A program made the position numbers and the translations under genes. A stretch of 64,000 nt of DNA, taken from NCBI GenBank assembly GCA_963674705.1, contig OY771506.1:1216001-1280000 (forward strand). Direction: 5' to 3'. This document shows positions 27,459-38,165 of this stretch, piece after piece (position 1 is the first letter of the stretch; each line of letters opens with the position of its first letter). The DNA is from Phycisphaeraceae bacterium (GTDB taxonomy: Bacteria > Planctomycetota > Phycisphaerae > Phycisphaerales > Phycisphaeraceae). A model generated the notes under the pieces. The model was not told the origin of the DNA, made no database searches, and worked only from the letters and a program-made list of their open reading frames with translations.

Positions 27459-28538
27459 ATGACCGAATCCCAACAAGACGGCGCGAAAGGACAAAAGATT
27501 TCAATGGCACGGCTGATGGTAAGCATCATTGTTGTGATCATCATCGCGATCGTTGCGTTCCAGATCGGTAAGCAACGCTTGCCACAGGTCGATGCTTCAC
27601 GAACCAAAAAGATCTTCGGCCTCAGCGACCCGCACCCGCGCGAAATGGCCGAGGGCCTGACCGATGCCGACGGCGATCTCGTCGCTGATCCACCCGCCGA
27701 ACAAACCAAGTGGATCGACCCGCAGGCTCTGCTTTTCTCCTTCGTCGCTTCGCCCGAAGCCGAGAAGTCTGAACAGGCCTGGCAGCCGTTGGTCGAGCAC
27801 CTCGCGCAGGTGACAGGCAAGCCCGTGCAGTACATCCGTTTTGAAAATGCGCCCGATCAACTCAAAGCCATCGAAGAAGGACGCCTGCACATCACCGCGA
27901 TCAACACCGGCAACATCCCCGAAGCCGTCGCGTCCTGTGGTTTCGTCCCTATCGCCACACCGGCGGTCGGTGAGCAGAAACAAACCTACACCATGAAGAT
28001 CATCGTCCCGGCCAACAGCCCTATCAAGAAGCCGGAAGACCTCAAGGGGAAGGAAATCGCCTTCACCACCGCCGGGTCCAACTCCGGCTGCAAGGCCCCG
28101 ATGGAAGTGCTGCTGCGCCAGTTCAAGCTCAACCCGGACGCCGACTACCACTTCATCTTCTCGCGCGGCCACGAACAATCCATCAAGGGGATCGCCGAAG
28201 GCAAGTACCAGGCAGCCGCCGTCGCCAGCGACCTGCTGGACCAGGCCGTCGCCGCCGGTGACATCGAAGAGTCGGCCTTCAACACGATCTACACCTCCGA
28301 GCACTTCCCGCCGCTCGCGATGGGGTACGTCTACAACCTCAAACCCGAACTGGCAGACAAGATCAAGTCCGCCATCATGGACTTCAACCCGCAAGGCACC
28401 TCCGCCGCCTCGCAACTGACCGGAGACGTCACCGGCTTCGCACCCGTCTCCTACAAAGACGACTGGGCGCTGGTCCGCCGCATCGACGAATCCTTCCGCC
28501 CCGCAGCAGGCAAAGCGACGGAAGAGGACAAAAGCTGA
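27459..28538 (+). CDS. phosphate/phosphite/phosphonate ABC substrate-binding protein (PhnD family), orphan
   Basis: N-terminal TM; DADGDLVADPP; SNSG motif; HEQSIKGI. Confidence 0.8.
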   Translation: MTESQQDGAKGQKISMARLMVSIIVVIIIAIVAFQIGKQRLPQVDASRTKKIFGLSDPHPREMAEGLTDADGDLVADPPAEQTKWIDPQALLFSFVASPEAEKSEQAWQPLVEHLAQVTGKPVQYIRFENAPDQLKAIEEGRLHITAINTGNIPEAVASCGFVPIATPAVGEQKQTYTMKIIVPANSPIKKPEDLKGKEIAFTTAGSNSGCKAPMEVLLRQFKLNPDADYHFIFSRGHEQSIKGIAEGKYQAAAVASDLLDQAVAAGDIEESAFNTIYTSEHFPPLAMGYVYNLKPELADKIKSAIMDFNPQGTSAASQLTGDVTGFAPVSYKDDWALVRRIDESFRPAAGKATEEDKS

Positions 28539-28559
28539 ATCTCAATTACCGAACACCCA

Positions 28560-28634
28560 ATAGCCGCGACCTGCCAGGTCGCGCGCCTGTTAGTCAATAG
28601 ATCAACGTCGCGCACGCTGGCAGCGTGCGGCTAT
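28560..28634. repeat. REP doublet (REPIN-like) of the RAYT2-associated family
   Basis: atagccgcgacctgccaggtcgcgcg inverted to cgcgcacgctggcagcgtgcggctat; the latter is identical to copies at 52576 and 53268. Confidence 0.85.
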
Positions 28635-28657
28635 AAGGCGTGCATCGATAGGTCTAT

Positions 28658-31600
28658 TCACGCCCCGACGTGCTCTTCCATCGGCGGGCAGGTACAGACC
28701 AGGTGGCGGTCGCCGTACGGATTGTCTACGCGCCCGACGGGCGGCCAATATTTGTATTCGCGCAAGCGGTCAACAGGATACGCACCCAGGCTGCGCGGGT
28801 ACGTGTGTGGCCAATGGTCACCACTCACCGCTTCCGCGGTATGTGGGGCGTGCTTCAGCGGGTTGTCATCCTGATCGAGTTCGCCCGATTCGATCTTGCG
28901 GATTTCATCGCGGATTGAAATCAACGCATCACACAACCGGTCCAACTCCGCTTTCGATTCGCTTTCTGTCGGCTCGATCATCAACGTGCCCGCGACGGGC
29001 CAGCTCATCGTTGGGCTGTGGAAACCGTAATCCATCAGGCGCTTGGCGATGTCTTCGACGCGCACATGCGCCGACTTCTCGAACGGCCGACAGTCGATGA
29101 TAAATTCGTGCGCGACGCGCCCATTCTCGCCGGTATACAAAACGTCGTAATGGCCACGCAGCCGCGCCGCCATGTAGTTCGCGTTAAGGATCGCGCCCTC
29201 GGTCGCCTGCTTCAAACCGTCGCCGCCCATCATCGCGATGTACATCCACGAGATCGGCAAAATCGATGCACTGCCATACATCGCGGCGCTGACGGGCATG
29301 TCACCGGTTAACGGATCGCCCGGCAAGAACGGCGCAAGCGCCTCTGTACATGCGATCGGCCCCATGCCCGGCCCGCCCCCGCCGTGCGGGATGCAGAACG
29401 TCTTGTGCAGGTTCAGGTGACACACATCCGCGCCGATATCACCGGGCCTGCACAGCCCGACCTGCGCGTTCATGTTCGCACCGTCCATGTAAACCATCCC
29501 GCCGTTGTCGTGGATGATCTTGCAGACTTCCTTGATGGTTGTCTCGAACACGCCGTGCGTCGAAGGATACGTGATCATCAGCGCGGCGAGTTTGTCTTTG
29601 TGCTCTTCCGCCTTAGCTCGCAGGTCGTCGACATCGATGTCGCCGTTATCCTTGCAGTTAACTGCCACAACGCGCATCCCCGCGATCACCGCGGATGCCG
29701 GGTTTGTCCCGTGCGCGCTGACGGGAATCAAGCAGATATCGCGTACCGCCTGGTTGTTTGCACCGTCTCCCGATGGCTTGTCTCGCCCATCCGCTATCCG
29801 CGATCCACCATCCGCCATTGCTTTGGCTTCGTGATACCGACGGATCGAAAGCAGCCCCGCGTATTCGCCCTGCGAGCCGGCGTTTGGCTGCAGCGATACC
29901 GCAGCAAAGCCGGTGATCTCCGCAAGCCACATCTCAAGATCAGCGAACAGCTTCGCATAACCCCCCGCCTGATTCTTCGGCGCAAACGGATGCAGGTTCG
30001 CAAACTCCGGCCACGTGATGGGAAGCATCTCGCTCGCCGCGTTCAGCTTCATCGTGCACGAACCCAGCGGGATCATACTGTTCGCCAGGGTGATGTCCTT
30101 TGAAGCAAGGCGCGTCGTGTAACGCAGGAATTCGTGTTCAGCGTGGTATTGGTTGAAGACCGGGTGCGTGAGGATCGGCGAGGTGCGCTTTTGAAATACA
30201 GTCGATCCCGAGTTCGCTTGTTTCACAAGCCCGAGAACATATGCGCGATGCGCATCCGAATCCCAGAATTGTCTTGTGGGAATATCGCCCATGAATCTGG
30301 GTCGTCCGAATTTGTCCAGGGATCGAGCCAGATGTTCTTTTGCTTCTTGACGCGCTTCTTCTACTCCCGGGTCGGGGTGGGTGCCTTTGTTAAAGTAAAG
30401 GATCAGGTCATTGATGACACGAGCGTCGGATAATTCATCAAATGTGATCGCTACACATCGTGGATTGACTTCTCGAACAAGTATCCCCGAAGGCAACGCA
30501 AGCTGGTCCACGACCAGGTTGGCTGTGGTCGGTGATTCGATGTGGATTCTAACTGTGTCGAAAAACTCGCCCGGCTCAACTTTGTACCCAAGCTGTTCCA
30601 TGCCCAGTGCAAATGCGCGGGCATATTGATGCACACGTGTTGCAATCCGCGTCAACCCCTCAGGCCCGTGATACACCGCGTACATCCCCGCAATCACCGC
30701 AAGCAACACCTGTGCGGTGCATATATTCGATGTCGCGCGATCTCGCTTGATGTGTTGTTCACGTGTCTGGATCGCGAGTCGATACGCCGGGTTGCCGTGT
30801 GCATCTTTGGATACGCCGACGATACGCCCGGGCATCTTGCGTGCGTGTTGTTCATGTGTTGCCATGTACGCCGCGTGCGGTCCGCCGAAACCCATCGGGA
30901 CGCCGAACCGCTGCGTGCTGCCGATCGCGATGTCCGCCCCCCACTCGCCCGGCGGCTTGAGCAACACCAGCGACAAAATATCGCACGCCGCCACCAGCAG
31001 CCCCCCCGCCTCATGCACCTTCTCCGCCAACGGGACATAATCCTCAACCCGCCCATCCGTCGTCGGATACTGCACCAACACCCCGCACGCATCGGTAAAG
31101 CCCACGTTTTCAAAACGTGCGTTTTGCACGCGCACTTCTACCCCCATTGTCATCGCGCGCGTCTTCACCACCGCGATCGTCTGCGGATGACAATCATCGG
31201 CCACATAGAAAACAGGCTTCTTGTGTCGCGCGATCGCGTGACACATCGCCATCGCCTCCGCCGCCGCCGTCGCCTCATCCAAGAGCGACGCATTCGCCAA
31301 AGGCAACCCCGTCAGGTCGCTGACCATCGTCTGGAAGTTCAGGAGCGCTTCGAGCCGGCCCTGGCTGATCTCAGGCTGGTACGGCGTGTAGGCCGTGTAC
31401 CAGAGCGGGTTCTCTAAAATGTTCCGCAGGATCGGCGCGGGCGTGATCGTGCCGTGATACCCCATCCCGATCATCGACCGGGCGATCGTGTTCGAACCGG
31501 CGATCGCTTTCAACTGCGCCAACGCCTCATCTTCGCGCATCGGCTCGCCGAGCTTCAGCGGCTCTTTTAAGCGGATATCCTTCGGCACGGTCTGGTCGAT

Positions 31601-31741
31601 CAGTTCATCGATCGATGCGCAACCGATCTGCTCTAGCATCAGCTTGCGGTCATCAGCGCTCGGACCGATGTGCCGGTGTGCGAACGGATTGCTTTGTTCG
31701 GTTGGGTTTTGCGGATGGGTGGAATCGGGCTTGTTGGCCAT
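28658..31741 (-). CDS. gcvP: glycine dehydrogenase (decarboxylating), glycine cleavage P protein (start uncertain)
   Basis: [45 protein letters not shown]-lysine motif. Confidence 0.97.
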   Translation of the reverse strand: MANKPDSTHPQNPTEQSNPFAHRHIGPSADDRKLMLEQIGCASIDELIDQTVPKDIRLKEPLKLGEPMREDEALAQLKAIAGSNTIARSMIGMGYHGTITPAPILRNILENPLWYTAYTPYQPEISQGRLEALLNFQTMVSDLTGLPLANASLLDEATAAAEAMAMCHAIARHKKPVFYVADDCHPQTIAVVKTRAMTMGVEVRVQNARFENVGFTDACGVLVQYPTTDGRVEDYVPLAEKVHEAGGLLVAACDILSLVLLKPPGEWGADIAIGSTQRFGVPMGFGGPHAAYMATHEQHARKMPGRIVGVSKDAHGNPAYRLAIQTREQHIKRDRATSNICTAQVLLAVIAGMYAVYHGPEGLTRIATRVHQYARAFALGMEQLGYKVEPGEFFDTVRIHIESPTTANLVVDQLALPSGILVREVNPRCVAITFDELSDARVINDLILYFNKGTHPDPGVEEARQEAKEHLARSLDKFGRPRFMGDIPTRQFWDSDAHRAYVLGLVKQANSGSTVFQKRTSPILTHPVFNQYHAEHEFLRYTTRLASKDITLANSMIPLGSCTMKLNAASEMLPITWPEFANLHPFAPKNQAGGYAKLFADLEMWLAEITGFAAVSLQPNAGSQGEYAGLLSIRRYHEAKAMADGGSRIADGRDKPSGDGANNQAVRDICLIPVSAHGTNPASAVIAGMRVVAVNCKDNGDIDVDDLRAKAEEHKDKLAALMITYPSTHGVFETTIKEVCKIIHDNGGMVYMDGANMNAQVGLCRPGDIGADVCHLNLHKTFCIPHGGGGPGMGPIACTEALAPFLPGDPLTGDMPVSAAMYGSASILPISWMYIAMMGGDGLKQATEGAILNANYMAARLRGHYDVLYTGENGRVAHEFIIDCRPFEKSAHVRVEDIAKRLMDYGFHSPTMSWPVAGTLMIEPTESESKAELDRLCDALISIRDEIRKIESGELDQDDNPLKHAPHTAEAVSGDHWPHTYPRSLGAYPVDRLREYKYWPPVGRVDNPYGDRHLVCTCPPMEEHVGA

Positions 31742-31894
31742 GGGCGTCATGCTTTGGCTCATTTGTGAAAATAGCCTGTTGGGGGATTGTTGGGGGGTGT
31801 GTCTCCGACACGCTTGGTTCAGTCTATGGCCAGCCCGGTATCGAATCAACGCACCCCCACCTGCTCGACACCAGACCCCCGACTCACCTGTCGC

Positions 31895-32413
31895 TTAGCC
31901 ATCCACCGGCTCACTCGGCGTATCCAGCACCCGTTGCATCAGGCACAGGTCAAGCCACCTGCCGAACTTGAACCCGACTTGCGGGATCGTCGCCACGTTT
32001 CTGAATCCGTACTTTTCGTGCATCCGGATGCTGGCCGTATTCTGTGAATCGATCACCCCGATCAGCGTGTGAAACTGCTGCGCCTTCGCCCGGATCACGA
32101 GTTCTTCCAGCAGTCGCTTGCCCAGCCCCTGCCTGCGAAAGCCTTCCGCGACATAGATCGAATGCTCGATCGTGTACTTGTATGCCGGGAACGGGCGGAA
32201 TCGGCCGTAGCTGCCGAACCCCATCAGTTCCCCCTCATCCGTGATAAGCCCGATGACGGGAAAGCCGTCCCGCTGCTTGCCCGCGAACCACTCGCCGATC
32301 ATCTCGGGCGTCCGGGGTTTGTAGTCATAGACAGCCGTGGATTTTACGATCGCGTCATTGAAAATAGCACGGATCGCTTCACAATATTCGGGGCCGCAAT
32401 CGATCAACTTCAT
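31895..32413 (-). CDS. GNAT N-acetyltransferase (phosphinothricin/methionine sulfoximine acetyltransferase type)
   Basis: YKYTIEHSIYV, RRQGLGK, N.ASIRMHEKYGF, VGFKFGRWLD. Confidence 0.9.
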   Translation of the reverse strand: MKLIDCGPEYCEAIRAIFNDAIVKSTAVYDYKPRTPEMIGEWFAGKQRDGFPVIGLITDEGELMGFGSYGRFRPFPAYKYTIEHSIYVAEGFRRQGLGKRLLEELVIRAKAQQFHTLIGVIDSQNTASIRMHEKYGFRNVATIPQVGFKFGRWLDLCLMQRVLDTPSEPVDG

Positions 32414-32569
32414 CGCCCGAGCATACCGCCGTCCACGCCCCGAGCCAAGCCCCCGAATTGAACGGGGAATGAAACGAACCTGCTGTAAATCAGGCGTTAC
32501 ATCATTGAAAAATACTCAAGCTAGAATGTCCGGGTTATCCCCAGATGACTGTTCAGAGGATGGCTGAAT

Positions 32570-34507
32570 ATGATGAATGTTCGTACAGAGAGGCTCACGG
32601 ATTCAGCGGGCCAGGATTACGCCTACCGACCCGTGCCGTTCACATCCGTCGATATCAACGACGCGTTCTGGCGGCCGCGCCTCGAAACCAACCGCAAGGC
32701 CACCATCCCCTTTGCTTTCAAACACTGCGAAACCACCGGCCGGATCGATAACTTCCGCATCGCCGCCGGCGAAGTCAAAGGCGAGTGGAAAGGGATTTAC
32801 GGCTTCGACGATACCGATGTCACCAAGATCATCGAAGGCGCTTCCTACAGCCTGCACGTTCAGCCCGACCCCAGGCTCGACGCCTACCTCGATAAGATCA
32901 TCAGCTACATCGCCGCCGCGCAGGAACCCGACGGCTACCTCTACACGCTCTACACCGCACGCGATACGTCCGACCGCTTCGGCACAATTGTCTGCGGGCC
33001 CAAGCAAGATCGCTGGGATAATCTCGAATGGTCGCACGAGTTCTACAACGCGGGCCACATGTTCGAAGCAGGCGTCGCACACTACCTCGCCACCGGAAAA
33101 CGCAGCTTGCTTGATGTCTGCATCAAGAACGCCGATCTCATCTACGACACCTTTGCCGATGATGACAAGATCGACATACCCGGCCACCAGGAAATCGAAC
33201 TCGGGCTCATCAAGCTCTACCGCGTCACCGGTGATGCAAAGTATCTCGAGCTGACGAAGAAGCTGCTCGATCGCCGCGGCCGCAACGCCGACAAACGCAA
33301 ACTCTTCGGGGAATACGCACAAGACCATGTACCCGTCACCGAGCAATCCGAAGCCGTGGGCCATGCCGTGCGCGCCAACTATATGTACGCATCCATGGCC
33401 GACATCGCCGCGCTTACCGGCAACGCCGATTACTTAAGCGCTATCGACCGCATCTGGGAAAACGTCGCCGCGCACAAGCTCTACCTCACCGGAGGCACCG
33501 GCGCACTTCATCAGGGCGAGGCCTACGGCAAGAACGACGAGCTGCCCAACCTCACCGCCTACGCCGAAACCTGCGCCGCCATCGCCAACGTCTACTGGAA
33601 CCACCGCATGTTCTGCCTGCACGGCGACGCGAAGTACATCGACGTCATGGAACGCTCCTTGTACAACGGCGTCATCAGCGGCGTCGCGCTCGATGGCAAA
33701 TCCTTCTTCTACCCCAACCCGCTGGCAAGCAAAGGTGAAGAAGAACGCAGCCCGTGGTTCGGCTGCGCCTGCTGCCCGAGCAACATGACGCGCTTCATCG
33801 CTTCCGTCGGCGGGTACATGTACGCCGTGCGCGACAACACGATTTATGTAAACCTCTTCGCACAAGGCGATGCGGCTGTCAACGTTGCCGATCAAACCAT
33901 CAAAATCGAGCAGCAGACCAACTACCCGTGGGACGGCAAGGTCACGATCACTGTAACCCCCGAACGCGCAGGCGAAACTTTCACGATCCGCCTGCGCATC
34001 CCCGGCTGGGCTCGCAATGAAGTCGTCGCAAGCGATCTCTATCAGTTCGCCGATGAATGCAGCGAAACACCAACCGTCAAAGTCAACGATGAACCGATCA
34101 CGATCAATGGCAAACTAGAAAACGGTTACCTTGCTATCGAACGCAATTGGCAAGTCGGCGACACGATCACGCTCGACCTGCCGATGCCGGCCCGCCGCGT
34201 ACTGACGCACGAACGTGTCCAAGCCAACCGCGGCCGCGCCGCGCTGCAACGTGGCCCACTTGTCTATTGCGTTGAACACCCGGACGTCCCGGAAGGTAAA
34301 GTCCTCAACCTCGTCCTGCCCGACGATGCAAAACTCGGCACCCGTTTCCAAGACGACCTGCTCGGTGGCGTTCAGATAATCACCACGACTGCTGAAGACC
34401 AGCCCCCCATCACCGCCATCCCCTACTACGCCTGGGCCCACCGCGGCAAGGGCGAAATGACCGTCTGGATCCCCCGCTCAAAACAAGCCATCGAACCACT
34501 GCTCTGA
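32570..34507 (+). CDS. GH127 beta-L-arabinofuranosidase-like glycoside hydrolase
   Basis: HEFYNAGH, GHQEIE, GHAVRA, YAETCA, CACCPSN motifs. Confidence 0.92.
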   Translation: MMNVRTERLTDSAGQDYAYRPVPFTSVDINDAFWRPRLETNRKATIPFAFKHCETTGRIDNFRIAAGEVKGEWKGIYGFDDTDVTKIIEGASYSLHVQPDPRLDAYLDKIISYIAAAQEPDGYLYTLYTARDTSDRFGTIVCGPKQDRWDNLEWSHEFYNAGHMFEAGVAHYLATGKRSLLDVCIKNADLIYDTFADDDKIDIPGHQEIELGLIKLYRVTGDAKYLELTKKLLDRRGRNADKRKLFGEYAQDHVPVTEQSEAVGHAVRANYMYASMADIAALTGNADYLSAIDRIWENVAAHKLYLTGGTGALHQGEAYGKNDELPNLTAYAETCAAIANVYWNHRMFCLHGDAKYIDVMERSLYNGVISGVALDGKSFFYPNPLASKGEEERSPWFGCACCPSNMTRFIASVGGYMYAVRDNTIYVNLFAQGDAAVNVADQTIKIEQQTNYPWDGKVTITVTPERAGETFTIRLRIPGWARNEVVASDLYQFADECSETPTVKVNDEPITINGKLENGYLAIERNWQVGDTITLDLPMPARRVLTHERVQANRGRAALQRGPLVYCVEHPDVPEGKVLNLVLPDDAKLGTRFQDDLLGGVQIITTTAEDQPPITAIPYYAWAHRGKGEMTVWIPRSKQAIEPLL

Positions 34508-34641
34508 CCCAAAACCGTACGAATAACTCTCTTCTTTCATAACTGCAGTGCGACGCACTGCAGGCAGTACACTCTGCACGTCCCCGATAAAGCCCCGCCC
34601 ATAAAAGTTGGTTTCTCCGCCCCCCTTGCTAAGCTAAAGAG

Positions 34642-36405
34642 ATGTCACAGACCAACGCCAAGCTCTCGCGCATCTTCCAGCAGATGGCGGACGTCCTCGA
34701 AGTCCTCGGGGCCAACCGTTTCAAGGTCATCGCTTTCCAGAAAGCCGCCCGCGTCTTAGGCGAACTCACCGACGACGTCGCGTCCATGGAAAGTAAAGAC
34801 CTGCGCGCTGTCGAAGGCATCGGCAAAGGCATGGCCGACCGCATCGAGGAATTCGTCGAGACCGGCGGCCTGCCCGAAGCCATCGAACTGTTCGATCAAG
34901 TCCCGCCCGGCGTTATCGAGATGCTAGACATCCCGGGCCTCGGCCCAAAGACCGTCTCCATCCTCTGGAAACAGGCGGGCCTCGAAGATATCCCTTCACT
35001 GACCAAAGCCCTCGACACCGGCGAACTCGAAGACCTCAAAGGTTTCGGCAAGAAGAAAATCGAGAACATCAAGAAGAACCTCGCCTTCGCCCAGCAGGCC
35101 GGCAAGCGCGCGAAGATCGGCCAGGCTATGCCGCTCGCCCTCTGGTTCGTCCAAGAGCTTGGCAAACTCAAACAAGTCAAACGCATCAACTACGCAGGCA
35201 GCCTCCGCCGCGGCAAGGAAACCATCGGCGACCTCGACCTGCTCGTCGAAGCCAAGCCCGCCGACGTCCCCGCCATCATGGACGCCTTCGTCAAACTTAA
35301 TGTCGTCGCGGATGTGATCGCCAAAGGCGAAACGAAAAGCTCGGTCCGCACTAATGAACAATCCGGCCAGATACAAGTCGATCTGCGTGTCGTCCCCGCC
35401 GAAAGCTACGGCGCTGCACTCATGTACTTCACCGGCAGCAAGGAACACAACGTCAAGATGCGCGAACGCGCCATCTCGATGGGCATGAAGCTAAACGAGT
35501 GGGGCCTGACCAAACAGGATGCCGACAAATCCCTTGCCGGCAAGGCCGAAGAAGACGTCTTCAAGAAACTCAAACTCGCATGGGTCCCCCCCGAGCTGCG
35601 CGAAGACCGCGGCGAAATAGCATTGGCTGAATCCTCCTACAAAGCCGGCGATGCCATCGCCGGTCCCCCGCTCGTCGAACTTGCCGACATCCGCGCCGAC
35701 CTGCACATGCACACCACCGCCAGCGACGGCACGTGGACGATTGAAGAACTCGCCCTCGCCGCCGCCGAGCGCGGCCACCACACCGTAGCCATCACCGACC
35801 ACTCAAAAGGACAGGTCCAGGCCAACGGCCTAAGCGACGCACGACTTGAAAAACACATCGTCAACATCCGCAAGGTCGCCGACAAACTCAAGGACAAGAT
35901 CACCATCCTCGCGGGCAGCGAAGTCGACATCCACGCCGACGGCACGCTCGACTACCCCGACAGCCTGCTCAAAGAACTCGACGTCGTCGTCGCCTCGCCC
36001 CACGCCGCGCTCAGCCAGGACCCCGCCAAGTGCACCAAGCGCTTCCTTAAGGCGATGGAAAATCCTTACATCACCATCATGGGCCACCCGACCGGCCGAC
36101 TCATCGGCAGACGCGAAGGCCTCAGCCCCGACATGAGCGAACTCTTCAAAGCCGCCGCCCAGCGCGACATCGCCATGGAAATCAACGCCAACCACTGGCG
36201 CCTCGACCTCCGTGACACCCACGCCCGCGCAGCCATCGCCGCCGGCGTCAAACTCTCCATCAACACCGACGCCCACGGCCCAGCCGACCTCAACCAACTC
36301 CAATACGGCATCCTCACCGCCCGCCGCGCCGGCGCAACAAAGAAAAACATCATCAACTGCATGACCAAAGCAGCGCTGGCGAAGTGGATCAAATCCCGCC
36401 GGTGA
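34642..36405 (+). CDS. polX: DNA polymerase X with C-terminal PHP exonuclease domain
   Basis: HhH motifs; GSLRRGKETIGDLD; YFTGSKEHN; DLHMHT..SDG; TDHS; NTDAH. Confidence 0.95.
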   Translation: MSQTNAKLSRIFQQMADVLEVLGANRFKVIAFQKAARVLGELTDDVASMESKDLRAVEGIGKGMADRIEEFVETGGLPEAIELFDQVPPGVIEMLDIPGLGPKTVSILWKQAGLEDIPSLTKALDTGELEDLKGFGKKKIENIKKNLAFAQQAGKRAKIGQAMPLALWFVQELGKLKQVKRINYAGSLRRGKETIGDLDLLVEAKPADVPAIMDAFVKLNVVADVIAKGETKSSVRTNEQSGQIQVDLRVVPAESYGAALMYFTGSKEHNVKMRERAISMGMKLNEWGLTKQDADKSLAGKAEEDVFKKLKLAWVPPELREDRGEIALAESSYKAGDAIAGPPLVELADIRADLHMHTTASDGTWTIEELALAAAERGHHTVAITDHSKGQVQANGLSDARLEKHIVNIRKVADKLKDKITILAGSEVDIHADGTLDYPDSLLKELDVVVASPHAALSQDPAKCTKRFLKAMENPYITIMGHPTGRLIGRREGLSPDMSELFKAAAQRDIAMEINANHWRLDLRDTHARAAIAAGVKLSINTDAHGPADLNQLQYGILTARRAGATKKNIINCMTKAALAKWIKSRR

Positions 36406-36420
36406 TGAACAAAGAAGTGG

Positions 36421-37278
36421 AACAGGGATGGACACGGATAAACACGGATGAAGAGGTGAAAACTAAAACTAGCTATTAAGTAGTTTGTCAATAAGTAGTG
36501 ATGCACCCCGTTTGTCAATGTTGTTCAGCCTACGTGGTGTAGCACCAAGATCTAGTAATAAATAAATTTGTCGATCTGTCGCTGTATATACAATATTCTT
36601 CGCAATTGCCTCCCATTTAAGTTTACGCTCAATTCTTTGGCGTTCAATATGTTCGGATCGCATTTTCTGCACGCGCAACGATTCTTCTGTTTCGCTGTAC
36701 CAATCTGTATTCCAGATTGTTGAGGCGTCAGCATGAGTATGGTGACGACATCTACCCGAAACGCTTTTGGTCATATTTGCACAACGCACTTGACCATTAT
36801 TGAAACCGATACACTGTATGGAATCTTTTAGCTTCCCGTATTTGTCTTGCGGGCCATTCAATCTCTGCCATACTACGAAGCAAATACCAACCGCCCCAAA
36901 GCGATTCGATTTCAATAGAATTTGAGCTGATCGTGTTTGGAGAAAAAAGTCCATGAAACTCTCAACCTCTTCGGGGCTGACAGATGGAGGCCGATCATAA
37001 AGATATGAAAATATATCGTCCGTACGATCTAGTCCAACAGCGGCTGACACAGTATCAAATGTAGATTGATAAACTACGACGGGGTAACCATGTACTGAAA
37101 ATTCTATAGGCACTACATCTAATAGTGCATGTGTGCCAGCATGCTTCTGCTTTCTCCATGGAAGGCGAGATAAAAACGCTTTGAACCCATGCATTTAGGA
37201 TTATCCCAAGAAACACGGATATGGATAAATTCTGTATTTCCTATGATTCATCCGTGTTCATCTGTGTTCATCCCTGTT
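36421..37278. mobile_element. nonamer inverted-repeat pair enclosing an AT-rich cargo gene (cassette-like)
   Basis: Arm 36421-36452 is the reverse complement of arm 37247-37278 with 3 mismatches. Confidence 0.6.
36469..37194 (-). CDS. AT-rich hypothetical protein with putative CCCH zinc finger and C-terminal ATxxQ..LG..K..AS.LID motif
   Basis: 241-aa ORF; C-x9-C-x10-C-x2-H; composition much more AT-rich than its neighbours. Confidence 0.7.
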   Translation of the reverse strand: MHGFKAFLSRLPWRKQKHAGTHALLDVVPIEFSVHGYPVVVYQSTFDTVSAAVGLDRTDDIFSYLYDRPPSVSPEEVESFMDFFLQTRSAQILLKSNRFGAVGICFVVWQRLNGPQDKYGKLKDSIQCIGFNNGQVRCANMTKSVSGRCRHHTHADASTIWNTDWYSETEESLRVQKMRSEHIERQRIERKLKWEAIAKNIVYTATDRQIYLLLDLGATPRRLNNIDKRGASLLIDKLLNS

Positions 37279-37287
37279 ACATACGAT

Positions 37288-38055
37288 TCACGCCCCCAAC
37301 TCAATCCGTTTCCGTATCGCCCGAAACAGCGCCGTCTGGTCGCGGGTCGGTTCCAGTTCCACGCCGTTGATCGTGATTTTCACCTGGATCGCGCGAGCGA
37401 GTCTGCGGAACAGGTCCGGGTCGAGGTCGAACGTCAGGCTTTCGTCGTCCTTGCGCATCGTGTGTTTATTTGCTACACGTGCCGTACGGGCGACAGCCTT
37501 GTACTCGGCGATCGGGACTTCGACTTTTTCACCATCGATATCGAAGGTGGCGGTTTTCGCGTTGCGGTAGACCCCGCCGGAGAAACGCGATTGGATGAAG
37601 AGCTTGATGACTTCGGGCTTTTCCTGCATCTGCTTGCCGTCAAACATATACGCCAGCGAGAACTGATGATCCGCCCCGCTGCCCTTGGCGACATGCAATA
37701 ACTCCGTGCCGCTCCGCACAACTGTTTTGCCTGTCGATTCATCGTACTTGCTGGTAAACCGCGACGCCGCAACCTCGACGCGATCGCCGCTTGGCGTCAG
37801 CCCCGCCAACTCCGTCAGCTCTTTCTTCTCAACCTCCAAATCTTCCTTGGTAACCTGCAGCTTCGCCAACTCCGCTTGCAGTTTCGCCATCTCCGCTTCG
37901 AGCTTTTCGTAATCCGACTTCACCCGCTCAAGCTCCGCGCGCAGCTCCGCGTTCTGTTTTTGTAACGCCGCCACATCGTCTGTTGTTTGTGCAAAGCTAG
38001 CCGATGCAAACAGCAGAACAATCAGGCAGCAGGAAAAAGTCAGTAGGTATCTCAT
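37288..38055 (-). CDS. secreted coiled-coil hypothetical protein
   Basis: Signal peptide (SFA-Q); heptad coiled coil in N-terminal part. Confidence 0.75.
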   Translation of the reverse strand: MRYLLTFSCCLIVLLFASASFAQTTDDVAALQKQNAELRAELERVKSDYEKLEAEMAKLQAELAKLQVTKEDLEVEKKELTELAGLTPSGDRVEVAASRFTSKYDESTGKTVVRSGTELLHVAKGSGADHQFSLAYMFDGKQMQEKPEVIKLFIQSRFSGGVYRNAKTATFDIDGEKVEVPIAEYKAVARTARVANKHTMRKDDESLTFDLDPDLFRRLARAIQVKITINGVELEPTRDQTALFRAIRKRIELGA

Positions 38056-38129
38056 GGCAGGTCCGTGGTTGGTGGTTGATCTTAAGTGTTTGTTGTTTGA
38101 TGATTGGTCTTTGATGGTTAGTTGAAGAG

Positions 38130-38165
38130 GCCCGCCCCTTCGCTTCGCTCAGGACCGGCGTTGGG
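38130..38165 (-). repeat. dispersed REP-like repeat, copy 1 (copy 2 at 50861-50896), inside degenerate heptamer arrays at ~38070-38125 and ~38200-38255
   Basis: Reverse complement cccaacgccggtcctgagcgaagcgaaggggcgggc matches 50861-50896 with 3 mismatches. Confidence 0.75.

Noticed and set aside
30185..30660. Intein or diversity-generating retroelement variable region in gcvP
   Set aside because: No C/S...HN splice motifs, and no reverse transcriptase or template repeat in the window
31750..31895. Glycine riboswitch upstream of gcvP
   Set aside because: Short gap with no recognisable GGAGA...CCGAAG...CUCUCAGG aptamer motifs
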